From: Adineta vaga
Lineage: Eukaryota > Animalia > Rotifera
Assembly: GCA_021613535.1 (NCBI GenBank)
Contig: CP075497.1
Location: 1,240,001 to 1,304,000 of the forward strand
Direction of reading: 5' to 3'
DNA length: 64,000 nucleotides
The position numbers and the translations under genes were made by a program. Below the pieces are notes generated by a model. That model had not been told where the DNA came from. It ran no database searches and was given only the letters and a program-made list of their open reading frames with translations. Each line of letters starts with the position of its first letter. Position 1 is the stretch's first letter. Of the stretch, positions 12,720 to 25,532 are shown piece by piece.

Positions 12720-13322
12720 ATGGCTAATAATTTGACACGCGTTTTCTTATCCAGTTCAAGGAGTAATGGAAAAGTTTAATATATATTAGTTTATTTGAAT
12801 CAAGATTTTTTTCATACCCTAGGTATACAAACTGGTTTCATACGTAAGGTTACTACTAAAGGTTCAGACAATAGTAGTAACAGTGGTTCATCAGAGCATC
12901 ATGGTGGTGCTGGTTCATCTTCTCAAACATCAGGTGCATTTGGTGGTAGCGATACATACTCTCAATCATCTGGAGGTCATGGTGCATCAGGTAATTCATC
13001 AGGTGGTTATGAAGATAGCTCTAAAAATCAAGATAATCGAAGAACGAAAGCATCTGTTGGTGGTAAAGATGGCGGTTCTAAAGCTGGTCAAGGTAAATTG
13101 ATTTACTACGGAGTTGTTATTTGGCTTATCTTGTTCTTTTATAGGTACTGATAGTGTAAATAATTCTGCTAAAAGTAAGACAGATGTTTTTTAATTAAAG
13201 ATGCGGATTTTACATATTTGTTTCATTTCTAGACACGACTGATAAAACTAAAAAGTCTTCTGTAGGTTATACTATTCTTTATCTGATCTATCTAAATTTC
13301 TTTTTCCGTCTACTTGTAGTAA
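12720..13322 (+). CDS. Small Gly/Ser-rich hydrophilic disordered protein (about 124 aa), possible mitochondrial presequence
   Basis: Phase-consistent exons 12720-12762, 12823-13092, 13145-13174, 13233-13261 and stop 13320-13322. The N-terminus MANNLTRVFLSSSRSIQTGFIRKVTT has no acidic residues. Confidence 0.6.
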
Positions 13323-13590
13323 TTAAATGCAGATACGGTCTTCAAAATGCGTCCATAACTATTCTTCTTTATTTTTATCATATATAATCAAGCAACAAGT
13401 CGATACAAAACCATTTGTTGATGTAATAGTTTTGGTTTTATACAGAAAAATAGAGTTTGTATATTTCAATAAAATCTTTACTATGTTTCTTCAGATAATC
13501 AATCTATAAATGTTAGTACGATTGTTAATAACAGTTTATTATGATAGAATATATTATACAAAATGTCCACCGTAAAACACGCAGAAAACT

Positions 13591-13653
13591 CTTGAGGGTG
13601 TGGGTGTGGGTAATGAAACAAACAGCCTCACACTCGTCACCCACACTCTCAAG
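13591..13653. repeat. Short hairpin element with telomere-like arms
   Basis: CTTGAGGGTGTGGGTG ... CACCCACACTCTCAAG, 15/16 inverted match. Confidence 0.8.
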
Positions 13654-14010
13654 ATGGGGGATGCGGTAACTTCGCATAAAAGAGTGGAAATCCGAAAACA
13701 GATCTATGAGGTTCTATGAGAGGTACGAGAACTGAAAGTTGAGATAGGTCTACCTATTTACCTACGGATCAAAACCGATATATCGATGCTTGTTGTTAAC
13801 AAGACTCTTGGGGAAGCTAGAGAAGAAGCAGTGGATGGCTTGCTTTTATCGAAAATTCGATCTCCATTACATGTGCACTAGCTAATGTTTTTGGTCAGAT
13901 GTGAGTGGATGAGTGAGAATAAGACAAACACTCACACCCACACTCACTCCCTCAACAACAAGAGAATACGACGACGACCAACATGACAATACAACAACGA
14001 CAAAATCTTC

Positions 14011-15493
14011 TCATTGTTCTGTTTGATTGATGAAAGAATTGAGAATTTCTTCATGTTGACAATCATTCTGCATGACAGCTAGAGAATTTTGAGCAATGAT
14101 AAAACATCGAATCAGATTGTCAAAACGTCTGACAACATCTTCAAATGAATATCGATAAATCAAATATTTCCATGTCACTTCCGTATACACGTTCTGAATA
14201 CGAAATAGAGACATGGCTGCATTATCATCGTCGCACGTGAACATTTGTTTTGAACGAAAACTTGTACAACTACTCGACGAGAATATGTATATGGCCATGA
14301 CAAACATGATAAAATAAGGATCATAATCTAATTTTGAGGCGATAAATTCTGAACATTGTCGATTTTTGACACCAAAACTGAGATCGAGAGCAGTAATAAA
14401 TCCTTGATTTTCTAGCAAATGCAGATGACGTGCGACAACCGGTCCACAAAACATGGCTAGATTATTATAACCATGATGATGAACAAGTTGACGTTGTGAT
14501 TCCGGCAGACAGGAAACATCGTGATTATTATCAATGAAGGAATGTGTTACACTGTACATAGTCGTAATGAGATCATTGTAATAATCAGGAATCTTAAAGC
14601 ATATCTTTGGATATAAATCGGCCGTATGTTCGGTAATAAATCGATGAGCCAAAGTTCGAGGCCGATTGATGTCGAAGGAACAGACGAGATTATTGAGTAA
14701 TATCCATTGTTCACCTGCCAAAGATGATACATCTCGACCGAGTAAGTTAAGCGTAGGAAGCTAAAAAAATCATCAGCATTTGATCAATTAGGCGAAGCAG
14801 TTATTTTAGTATCGTAGGTTTCAACGTCTCATACTTCTACAAAAAATCTACTTTCTTGCTCGATTTCTTCAACACTTTTTCAATTATGTTTCTTGTTAAA
14901 AACAAACTTTTCTTGGATACGGACCTGAATCGGTTCTTGTAATATTCGTTCGGCTCGAAGAAATCGAAAACAAGGTTCCAATCCAACAGCGAAGCATTTC
15001 TTTAGACGACATGCTGGACACATTTCAAGGTTGAAAGATCGTAGTATACAATAACCATCAGCACAACATGTTGAAGAAACCTACAGAGGAGATAAAGAAA
15101 AAATGAGATTAAGCATCAAATAGAATTTACTTTATCTTGTTTGAATGCAGCTCGAAGAAAAAAGTCTTTGCATGCATGACAAAGAATCACTCCGTAATAT
15201 CGAACTTGTGCTTGAGCATAACATACACGACACCATTCATTGGCCAATTGACGATTAAAATGCGTAGCGAGAAATTTGCCGAGCGGACCAACCGATTTTC
15301 GAAGCAAGGGAACCATGATCGATGAAAAAGTTTTTCTTCGACGAATTTGACTTTTTTCTTCACTTCCTGTATTAGGAAACTGATTATCCAACGAGATAGA
15401 CCGATCCATACCAATCTCCTTTGCCTTGATTCTGTTCTCGTTAGCATTCGATGAGCTGAACTGTTCGTTTTTCTTGTCATTGATATGTAGCAT
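14011..15493 (-). CDS. Divergent nuclear hormone receptor (C4 zinc fingers plus LBD-like region), about 422 aa
   Basis: CRVC...YYGVILCHACKDFFLR, then CADGYC...CPACRLKKCFAVGL; phase-0 exons 15493-15131, 15080-14925 and 14760-14011. Confidence 0.8.
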
Positions 15494-16510
15494 CTTTTGA
15501 ACGTCGACGACTGAAACTTGTTACTTGAGAGAATCAAGAATATGAATTTCAAACAAACAGCTTATGATGAATTAAAAACAGCTTCCTGTTTCTAAAGCAC
15601 GTTAGAAAATATCTCTCTCTGCGACTAGCATTCTCCGTGCAAACTGCGTTCATGTCACGCGATTTCATGCGTGATAAAGAAGATAATTGGAAGTAATTCC
15701 CTGTGTTGCATTTCGTGTCAATGAATGGAGTAAATAATGAAAGATGCACATGCGCGCAATTCCTTTGACAAATGCAGACCAAATGATGACGAAAAAAGGA
15801 TGCATTCTAGAATTAAATTCATTTCTTTCCATGATGAAATATAATGAAAAATAGACATCTTCAATTAGAGGTGTCTTCTATATTCTGTCATTCCTTTTTA
15901 CATCAAAGTCCCTCGATTCTTTCATAGACGGATGCTTAGTTTCGATGAACAGCTGCTTCTTTGAAGATTAAAGTTGAGAAAAACAAAGAAAAAGTTCAAA
16001 AATTCTCTGTAATTTGTCATGCCTGTACAGTAAAATACAACCATCATGATTTCAGCTCGACTTTCGAACAAGAACTGATATACAAATGGTTTCTCAGGTG
16101 GGTGTGGGTGTATGTGAAGGTATCTCTACTACTTTCACACCCACCCCACATCCACCCACATCCACCCACATCCACACCCAAACCCTTGCCCACCTTTCTG
16201 CTTTATCAGTACATATTGTTTCATCAGATTTTACGAATAGTTACCTATGAGTATGAGTATATTTTTTAAAGCTTATGTCAATAAATGTAAAGGTGAAGTA
16301 CTCTTTTCAGCAGAGCACACATTCAGGGTTTTTTTTCTTCGATTTTTTTCTTTCATGTCATTACTTGCAGAGAGAAAGAGTAGCGTACAAAGTGGATGGA
16401 AGTATTTCTTAGAGAAGTGACTCCGAGGTTTGATGAATTAGTAATGCGTCGATATTTTGTGGCATTTTCAATTCTACTTTATATTTGTCAGATAAATCCA
16501 TTTTACTAAC

Positions 16511-16710
16511 TTATGGAAATCGAACAAGACGGAAAAGATTGACTGTTTGTCGGCATTTTGGGCATCGTCGCGAATCTTGTAAGATAATATTTGCACAGTT
16601 CTGGCATAATGGGTGCCCACATGTAGCAGCTTCGTTTTGGTTACCGTGCAGAAAACCTTCATTATCGCGATCGCGACATATGGCACATTCACCCAACCAT
16701 AAACAACCTA
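16511..16710 (-). CDS. C3HC4 RING finger exon; upstream exons unresolved
   Basis: CAIC...CGHPLCQNC...CPKC pattern, preceded by a pyrimidine tract and an AG acceptor (ttccaatag). Confidence 0.6.
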
Positions 16711-19560
16711 TTGGAAAAAGGTATACAATATAATGAGTAAATTATTTAAACCGTGGTCAAAAGTACACTATTGAGTCTGACGTTAGAATTGAAGTTTTAC
16801 AATTCTTTTAGAATCTGTATGGATTCTCAATATTTCATAGCCACTATCTTTCAATATCAAGATGTTCGCTTGAAATTCTTATTATTAACTCTTTTGGAAT
16901 GAGACATGCTGGGCATAAGCTGGTGCTATTTATTCGGAAACTTAATTACTACAGTAAGCGATTCAAATTAAAATCGCCTAGCGTAGATCGTCGTCCTACC
17001 CTTATTTCACTTTCTGAAAAGACGATTCTTTTACTATGCTCTTTCAATTATCAGCACGATATATAGATCTCACGCATCTGTTACACACACTCACACATTT
17101 TTTGACATCCGGCTCGGTTTATGAGCTTTCACATTAATGTATCAATCTGATTTTCTGATAGCATGCTGGTCTACACTGAAGGACCAGCACCTTAAAATAT
17201 GAGATCATTCTGAGCATCCTAAGTGCCTCAAAATTAGTCAACAAAAAACTTTCACAGCGTTACATTTGTTTTTTGCATTTTCTATTCGAAGGAAAGGGCA
17301 GAAAAGAAAATCTTTTTTTACCATCAGAAAGCTCATCCAAAGCTCTACCACTTTTGTCCTCACAGTCTTTCGATTTTTATGTGTCTTGCGCAAGAAATGA
17401 CAAAGTAAGGTGGATTACTCGATACTAAGGGTCTTTTTAAGTAACAGCGTTACGCGATCTTAAATTCTTAATAGATACTCGACGACAAAACCAAATCCAT
17501 TCATTCTCGCATCCCGTGTAGAACAAACCGAGCCTCATCGAATACCGTTTGAATGAACCATTCATCTGTTTTCGTTCAAGAGACAATTAAGAAACAATAT
17601 GTTAAAAATGTCACATCGTTGCGTTTGGACAAGTCCTGCATATATTCGATGAGAAGATCTCCCATATTGCCTATTTTTTAACGACTGCTACACAGTCACG
17701 TACCGAGGCTATTTCGCGTCGCAACTGTGCCGTAGTCGCCGTGGTGAGTAACTAACGCTAAGAAGCTTGCATTTACTGCGTCTCAACTGCGTCGCAATTT
17801 CATCGCAAGAGAAAACGTGACCTATTACCTGGTGTCGAACGCTGATCGGGTATTTGACGCAATATTGGTAAACGAGGATTAACGGCCTGTTGTACCGCTG
17901 GCATTGACTGACGCGGATGTAGCTGTACAATATCGGCACAAATCAAAGCATCGATGTCTAATTCCGAAGGATTTGTTCCATTTACGCTATTCGGCCGATT
18001 GATCTCCGTGACTTCTATACTGATATTGAGTTGTTCATTAGCCATTATAGTATCTATAGAAAGAAAGACATAGTTGTACACAAAAACCACGATCTTCTGT
18101 CTCATATCGTCAATCTGTCTGTATTTGTTGCGAAATATACTTAAGAGCATCGCTTATCATCGATGGGTATGTTACACCAAATAATGCTCGCTTTTATTTT
18201 GGAAAAGTATAGATGTTTAAATTAGTTAGATATAATTTCTGAACTATGTTTTGAGAATTTTTCGCCGAAAGAGACTTCGTATCCATCTCTGCCCCGGTAC
18301 GTTATTTATTACCATGGCTCGTAAATAGCCGTTTTTGAATTACTCTAGAAAGACATGTTAACGCAATTTTCGAATATTCCATTTTATCTACAGACCTCCA
18401 AGCATAGCTGTAATTTATCACAATGTTGAACATATCTAATCCGCACCATTACGAATAATTTAGCTAATAATACTTCAATAATCAGACATCGAATCAGGGC
18501 CTCATTCGCAATTTGGTTTATAATATGGAGTCGGGTGGGGCTGAGTTCGTGACAATCACGCTAAACTCTACTATAAAATCAGAACTCTTGGAATAAGATT
18601 TATCTCTAGTTCCAGTAATCTTAATAGTTATCGTTATCTTGCAAGTATTTATATGACTGCTCAAGTGAAAAGAAGTTCGAAAATGCGTCTTTATACGCAT
18701 TAGCCTGAAGCTACAGTTATGAACTACATACAATGATAATCCACGTTTTCCATTGCGATCTCTTTGCACAGTTACGCAGAACTCCGATGCATAATAGTAA
18801 ACGCAGATATTTTTTCTCAGCGTGGGTCAAAATTGTAACAGGTCCAAAAGTTTGCGACCCATCTGGTTCAGTCGATCGAAGTTTCCCTCCATTCTGGTTC
18901 GATTGATGGCTCATCGTATCCTGAAACAACGTTTTTAGAAAACGTACACCATTGTAATCATTTTTCATACACAGGATTTTGCGACGCTTCTGTCTAAAAA
19001 AAAGTCATAGAATCGACAGTTAACTGTTTATTTACAGGAATATGACTTTTACTTAGATTTACCAGGTAAAACTAATGTTTCTCTTTAATGGCGTGTTTAC
19101 TACTAAATGTGGCCACCATCAGAACATCAACAAGATTCGTCGGGTATTTTACACATAATAACACAGTTTTAACTAAATCTAGCGACGCAAAAAATCCTTC
19201 TGAAGATCTGAATTTGGTACCCAATTCAATGTATTTGTATTTGGATGATGGATTTATATTTATATTTTACATTTAAAGTCTAAAGTTGTGATGAAACTAT
19301 GGTTGAGTCGCCAGAAATTTACCTGCCTCTGGAAACACTTTGAATCCTTCACAAAGATACTATAAGGGTTCCAGATTTATGTGAGGCCTTTTTAGGAAAG
19401 TCGTAATAGATCTGAAGCTCCTTTGAACCCTTTTCAGTCATGAAACTAGTTTGAAGTTTAGATTCTACTGCTCGTATCGATGAACGTCATATAGGGCTTA
19501 AAATGTAGATTAGTAAAGCACCCATATCTTACAATGGAGTTACAGTAGAATACTTCCTAT

Positions 19561-19806
19561 GTTACTCGACAAATAAGTAGAAATTTTGTGATTTTTCGAA
19601 TAATTTATTAATATATTCCGTGGTGATGTAGGTAAAATCTGTAATAATTCGTTTTCATATTCGATTATTATTTCGCAACTGATGATGAGTCTGTAGACTC
19701 GAAAGCTCTTATTTTCAATATATTAATAAATTATTCGAAAAATCACAAAATTTCTACTTATTTGTCGAGTTTCAATCAAAATCCTATATTTCAATTCAAT
19801 TTAATC
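19561..19806 (+). mobile_element. Short Penelope-like/retrozyme-like insertion with an inverted terminal copy
   Basis: 12-bp direct repeat AATACTTCCTAT at 19549-19560 and 19807-19818; perfect 54-bp inverted repeat 19564-19617 / 19717-19770; internal hammerhead motif and AATAAA. Confidence 0.7.
19672..19716 (+). ncRNA. Minimal type-I hammerhead ribozyme motif
   Basis: CTGATGA (19679-19685), T, stem II GAGTC-TGTA-GACTC, GAAA (19701-19704), GCTC giving a palindromic AGCT minimal stem III; stem I is weak. Confidence 0.65.
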
Positions 19807-22617
19807 AATACTTCCTATATATTGTTTGATAATTGAACATGGAAATTTCTTCTTCTGTTCAGTTGATACGGAACTTCAGACCCAAATCCAAATCTGTTAA
19901 AACAAATCCAAGTCTTTGGATTTGTTGACCCCTAACTAAACCACGACGGTATCAAACGCACATCGGTTAAAAAGACGAAAACTTCTGGGAAAAGAAAACG
20001 GTAAAAACACAATTCTGAGAAAAAAACAAAAGTATTGTACGAGTATCCTTGAAAACTATTCTAGTCATAGTTAAAGAGAAAAATTTGTCATCTTCGAAAA
20101 ATCATGAAACAGAATTTTTAACTGAAACATGAAAAGAACCACATCTATTTATACAGTTTTGTTTTATAACGGTGAAAAACAACAAAAACTAGCGGATCCA
20201 ATGAATGGAACCGATATAATCCGCACCTTTTTTGTTGTACTGACTATAACCCTTTCGATCAAATTTATTTTTGTTTCCAGTGTGTTACAAATGAGTTATT
20301 GAATTGAACACTCTACTAAACCATAAGAAGTCCAGTACGTTGTCTTTATTTGCGTTAGATTTGAGTAAATATCCATGTTGAACAATTTCATGATGTGCCT
20401 CATGAAAAAATGTGGAATCTCTGCACCTAGAAAGAATTCAGATCTCAAAACTATTATAAGGTCTGTTCGACTGGGCATTACCTGAAGGAAGCGGCGAAAG
20501 ATACGCTCACTAAAGATATTATGTGTGTTTCGTAACATGAATTCTACATAAGACTTAAAGCTGTTCAGTGAATTTTATTTAAACTCCGGCAGAAATCGGT
20601 TTATCGAATTTCTTAACTCGCTATGTGATTATTTCCTATCCTGACGATCAGAACTATCAATAGTGAGACGATTATATGGAAAGTGTGGTATTCGGTAAGA
20701 TCACGGTATGAATCATGATACGGACATTAGGAAATAGTAATAGATAAGACTATCGGTAAATTCAGATGTATATTCAGACTTTTAGATGTTTGTCTTCGCA
20801 TCTGGAACGCATAGCCTCATATGAGGTTTATGTATCTCTGCTGCTAGACTTTTTGTTTGTCGTAAGATTTTTTCAGTTCCTAAAATGTTCTATTTCTTCT
20901 TATAATAGTGCAGCTACTCAAAGAAACTATATCTCACGATGATACCATTACATTGTTGATCGCTGAAGGATTTACTATACTATCTTCCTTCCTACATTTT
21001 TCTTGGTTAAAGTAATCTCAATTTTGCTTACGATCCTTTTGATATTTCTGAAACTATTTATATTTGTAATTGTTTTTAGAGTATATAGTCTTTGAATATT
21101 TGCTGTGTGAAATATAACTATCAATACGCATAGAAAATAAACCAGACGAACAGACCCACTGTTAAGAACAGGTATGGATTATAACAAAATACATTCACAA
21201 TGAAACCCCCTCACTAAGATCTTCGGCTATCTGTTCTTTTCATAAACAATCGACCATAAAAATCTAGAAAATCTGATGTGGGATTCAAGGTCCTTGACTT
21301 AAAGAACGTTTAATTGAGTATGACAGGAATTTCTATTTCTCTTTCTCCCATTGTTTTCTGATCGATCGGTTCAGTACACACATACAAGCAAGCAAACAAT
21401 TTATGTTTACTGGAATCTTCTACATGAAAAAGAGAATAAGTATATGTTTATTCTCTCCGAAGTCTTTTTGGTGAAAATATCTTCATAAGATGGATGCCTT
21501 TCTATGAATCAGAATGCATATACTGAGAAAAATACCAATTTATATTTGTTCTTTCTTTGATGTTCGTCATCATTGGATGACAATGAAAACAAATATAGAA
21601 ATATTCTCGTTTTTCGATCTTTTGCAAAGAATGAAAAAAGAAAAAGCAAACATCTATATTAGAGCTCTCATAAGAGAGATAGTGTAAAGAAGGAGAACGA
21701 AAGAACCAGTAGAATTCCAGCTACGAAAAATACACATTTTTAGAACAAATAGAAAGGAATGAAAATTCCAACTTGCATATATATATATATATAAATAGAA
21801 AATTATGAAAAAGTAAATTTTACTGTATAATCATACATTATACTCAAGAGAGCAACGTGATAATATTAGTCACCGAATCAGCGAAAGAATTTTGGTGATG
21901 TTATAAAAAATCGAAAAAATTCTTAAGTGTTCTAGTTGTGCGATGAAGAAACTTATTTAAAACCATGGAGAATTCTGTCTAAACGATCTTCTCTGTATAA
22001 ATAATCGAATACAGCGTATGAAGCAAAATAAAATGACATGTATTCTGTAACAAAAACTCAGTATTATCACTATATTTTACTACGTAAAAGGAAATCTACT
22101 GGTTTCAGAGGGTGATGAACGACTAAATGAAATGAAATGAAAATATATGGTAATCATTTTGATATTGATTGTCTAAAACTTTCTTCATATAAAATATTTC
22201 CCTATATGATACGGGATAAACGAAATTATGTCGAAAAAACTAAAAAGATCACAAATAATTTTATTCTTACAGAGAAAAGCTACGATGTTGATTACGGATA
22301 CGAAGCGACGAGAAAATAAATGAGAAGATACTGATATATTTTAAGCGTCAACAACCTTCGTCTTCAACAAAGGTTTTCATGACGTAGGTAAAGAAAAGAT
22401 TTCGTTTCTGTTTTTTTCCTCTTCTCGTGATAAAATCAACGTTTACTGTGGTGGGTAAAAACCACTTAACTGCAAATATGGCCACATGATTTAAAACATC
22501 GTCATTATATGTGAATAATTGTTACTGAGTCGGTTAAAAATTTCAGATGCTATATTATTTGATGGTCACAATACCTAAAAACAACGAATGTAATAAGAAG
22601 AAGACGTAATAAGAAAA

Positions 22618-23538
22618 TGACGAAGAGAAAAAACAACCAATTCCGAAGCATCTGTTGTTTTATTCATTCTTTTCATTATATCGACGACCAATCATGAAAA
22701 AGCAAAATGAAAAATATTTTGTGGACTTATATTTGATCAACTGATCATGAAGAAGTTCTGATACCATTAAGATTATGATAAAGAAATCTGAGAATCAACC
22801 TTTTATAAACATTCGCCGTTGCGTTATGAGTGATCTCCATAATATACAGAAATCAATTTATTTTATAATCTTGGATGACATAGCAATCTTTTTATGATTT
22901 GATGTACAGGTTTCATTAGAAAAAGATTTTTATAATATATCTTATGGTTCAAAAACAGGCAGATATTCTCTAATGGGTTGATTGCAATTTAGAACTGGAC
23001 AGATATTGTTGATAGTCGTAGAGCACTGACTGCAACAAGCTAGATGATTGCATTCGATAAAAAGAATGCATCGCTTACTAATGTTACATATGATGCAAGG
23101 ACCAAAATTTGCCTGAACTGGATTTTGTCGTATTTGATTAGTAGATGCAACTTCGTCTATGAAAAGGCAAAGAAGAGATGAACGAATTTTTGCTCAGTTA
23201 TAAATAAACTATAATACCTAGAACTGATTGCGAATTATTGGAGGAATCATTCGATGCATGAAGTTGACTCACTAGATTTACTATGCCAAATTGAATTGAT
23301 TCTTGAGAATTAGGTGGAGTTTCTTGATCCATATTTTATTAATTTCTTCAGGGGAAAAATTAAGAAACCAAAAGAAATGCACAATTATATTTCAATGGCA
23401 ACCTGCTCATTCTTTTTCCCACCGAACTTATACATGAATTTCGTCACCAAATGGTTTTCTACCTTCTTACCGTCAGATATACATCTTGCGCAACGACTGT
23501 CGTCTTTTTGGCAAGCCATACAGAATGCAATAAAATGA
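22618..23538 (+). pseudogene. Degraded coding remnant of unknown family
   Basis: Protein-like fragments in shifting frames with many stops, including LVDATSSM (vWA-like DxTxS) and the terminal ORF 23314-23538. Confidence 0.25.
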
Positions 23539-25171
23539 CAAACTTTTTTCCATTGAAATTTTAAAAGAAAAGGAGAGGTAATCTTATTGTCGATGATATG
23601 AAGGTTTTGCTTTTGTGTCATGCTATCTAGTGTAAAAATCGAAAATTATAAAAGATGTGAATAACTAATTAATTTCAGATTCGCATGTATCATTAAGTTA
23701 AAGATTGTACGTTAATCTAACATACTGTCATACTTTTCATGTAAAATTTTGCCCTTTTTTCACTGATTCCGTAACTCATTGAGAACAAAGTAAAAAGTTA
23801 ATAAACATGTCTATGCAGTCAAAGCTGGTAAAAGCTAAGCGTATATATATATATATATCATGTGAAAGTTATGAATACTAACATGTATGTTGTGCAATAA
23901 CTTGTTTCGTCTATCAATCTTTTAAACACCTAAAGAAAAAGAAGATATAGTTCCTTTGGATTTTTTAATTGAGATAAATAGATTTATTTGAAACAGTGTC
24001 ATTTGGACGAAGTTTTTCCAGCAAAGAGGTGAGGGTGGGTATTGAGAAAAACAGTCCCAGATTCTTCACCCACAACCACATCCTTAAACAAGTATTTATC
24101 AGTTATAGCAAAGAGCAAGATTTTTTCATTAATGAATAGTTAACTTTTAGTCATTCCATTGTCAAAACTTCTCATATGATTAATATAAAACGACATTTTT
24201 TTTGATCAAGTCAGTTTTATGATACTTCTGGAGAAGATTTGTGTAGAAAACTATCTGTCAATTAAAAAGAAACACTATTTATTAATTATTAATGAACTGA
24301 GAATGTGGGTGAAAGTAAGAGTAGAATAATATATTTCCATTGAAACATTATAATTTAAATCAACCACCCGAACGAAAATTTTTCACTCTAAACGGGTTTA
24401 GGTTTTTTTTGCAAAAAAGCTCCTATTCACGCAGATTTGACCTACATCATCTTTCTTTCACACTCTCAAGATGAGCGTAACTCCCCCTTGCTTTGGGAAA
24501 ATTTTGTTCTTTTTGCTGCGTTCCCTTGTGTTTGGCAGCTCGGTACGCCCCTGCAAATCCTATATAGGTCGACATTAACATTGAGCTAACAGTTGAATAG
24601 TATACTTTATGTATCTCTCTTCTCTGAATCATTTTCGATTCTATTTTTGAAGAAAGAGAACCAATAGTAATCATAGTTACACTATATGGTAAAAACGTAC
24701 GCAATGATCCGGATTTTTTTCTAGTTCTCTTTTCTATTTCCATCAATGAAAAGAACGTTTTGCTATTGTTTACTGAACTTTGATGAAATATTGATGCTGT
24801 CTTTAAATCAATCTTCATCAGAATTCAATTTTTAATTCAATTATTAACTGATATTTCATTCCGTAATAGAATCGATAAAGACAACAAATCTCTCATATCG
24901 TATGTAAACCATACCTTTCTTGTTTACATCTCATTTCACATCTTTCTTTGGTAGTTCATATAGTTAGCGTTGATTTAAGAGAAATCAAATTCATATATGG
25001 ATCTGCTTTATTTTAATTTTATGATAATGTAAGTTCTGAAAAGAACTCGAAAAAGAAAGAGTAGTAAAAATACAGATCAAGAAAACGTCAGTTGAAAACT
25101 ACAACAACGTTTTTTCGCTCATATAGAAGAAAAATATTAGTTCATTAATTTTATACATTGTATTTAACATT

Positions 25172-25532
25172 TTAGTGATGTTGATTGTTTTTTCCAGACT
25201 TGCCATTATTGCCAGATTTATCCGATTTACCACTTTGACCGTGTGACCCAGAGTTTCCGCTGTTGTCAGATTTATCTGATTTACCACTGTTGTCAGATTT
25301 ACCCGATTTACCACTTTGACCGTGTGATCCAGAACCTTAAACAAAATGAGATATATCACATCAAATAGTATCATGTTTGACAAATCGATGTTATTCTTAT
25401 TTTTCAAAAAAAACAACAACTAATGACCATATCTCAACTGCTTTAACTTTATTCACATTGATGTGACATACCTGATTTTTCCGATGATGAACCTGTCTGT
25501 TTGGATGTCTTTTGATCGCTAGTTGTAGACAT
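25172..25532 (-). CDS. Tiny Gly/Ser/Lys-rich hydrophilin-like protein (about 74 aa), 2 exons
   Basis: Exons 25532-25472 and 25335-25172 (phase 1) give MSTTSDQKTSKQTGSSSEKSGSGSHGQSGKSGKSDNSGKSDKSDNSGNSGSHGQSGKSDKSGNNGKSGKNNQHH*; minus-strand TATATAA at about 25610-25616. Confidence 0.65.

Noticed and set aside
17700-18970. Minus-strand ORFs (17800-18150, 18717-18968) as possible upstream exons of the RING exon or TE cargo
   Set aside because: No recognisable domain, and I could not build a stop-free splice path.
21775-23860. (TA)n tracts at about 21777 and 23842
   Set aside because: Ordinary intergenic microsatellites in AT-rich DNA.
24360-24553. GC-richer patch ending CGGTACGCCCCTG (hAT-like CAGGGGCG end)
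   Set aside because: No partner TIR or TSD found; at most a fragment.
25099-25419. 106-aa ORF with VVNRINL repeats
   Set aside because: Alternative frame that includes intron sequence; the spliced G/S/K frame fits the splice sites and TATA box better.
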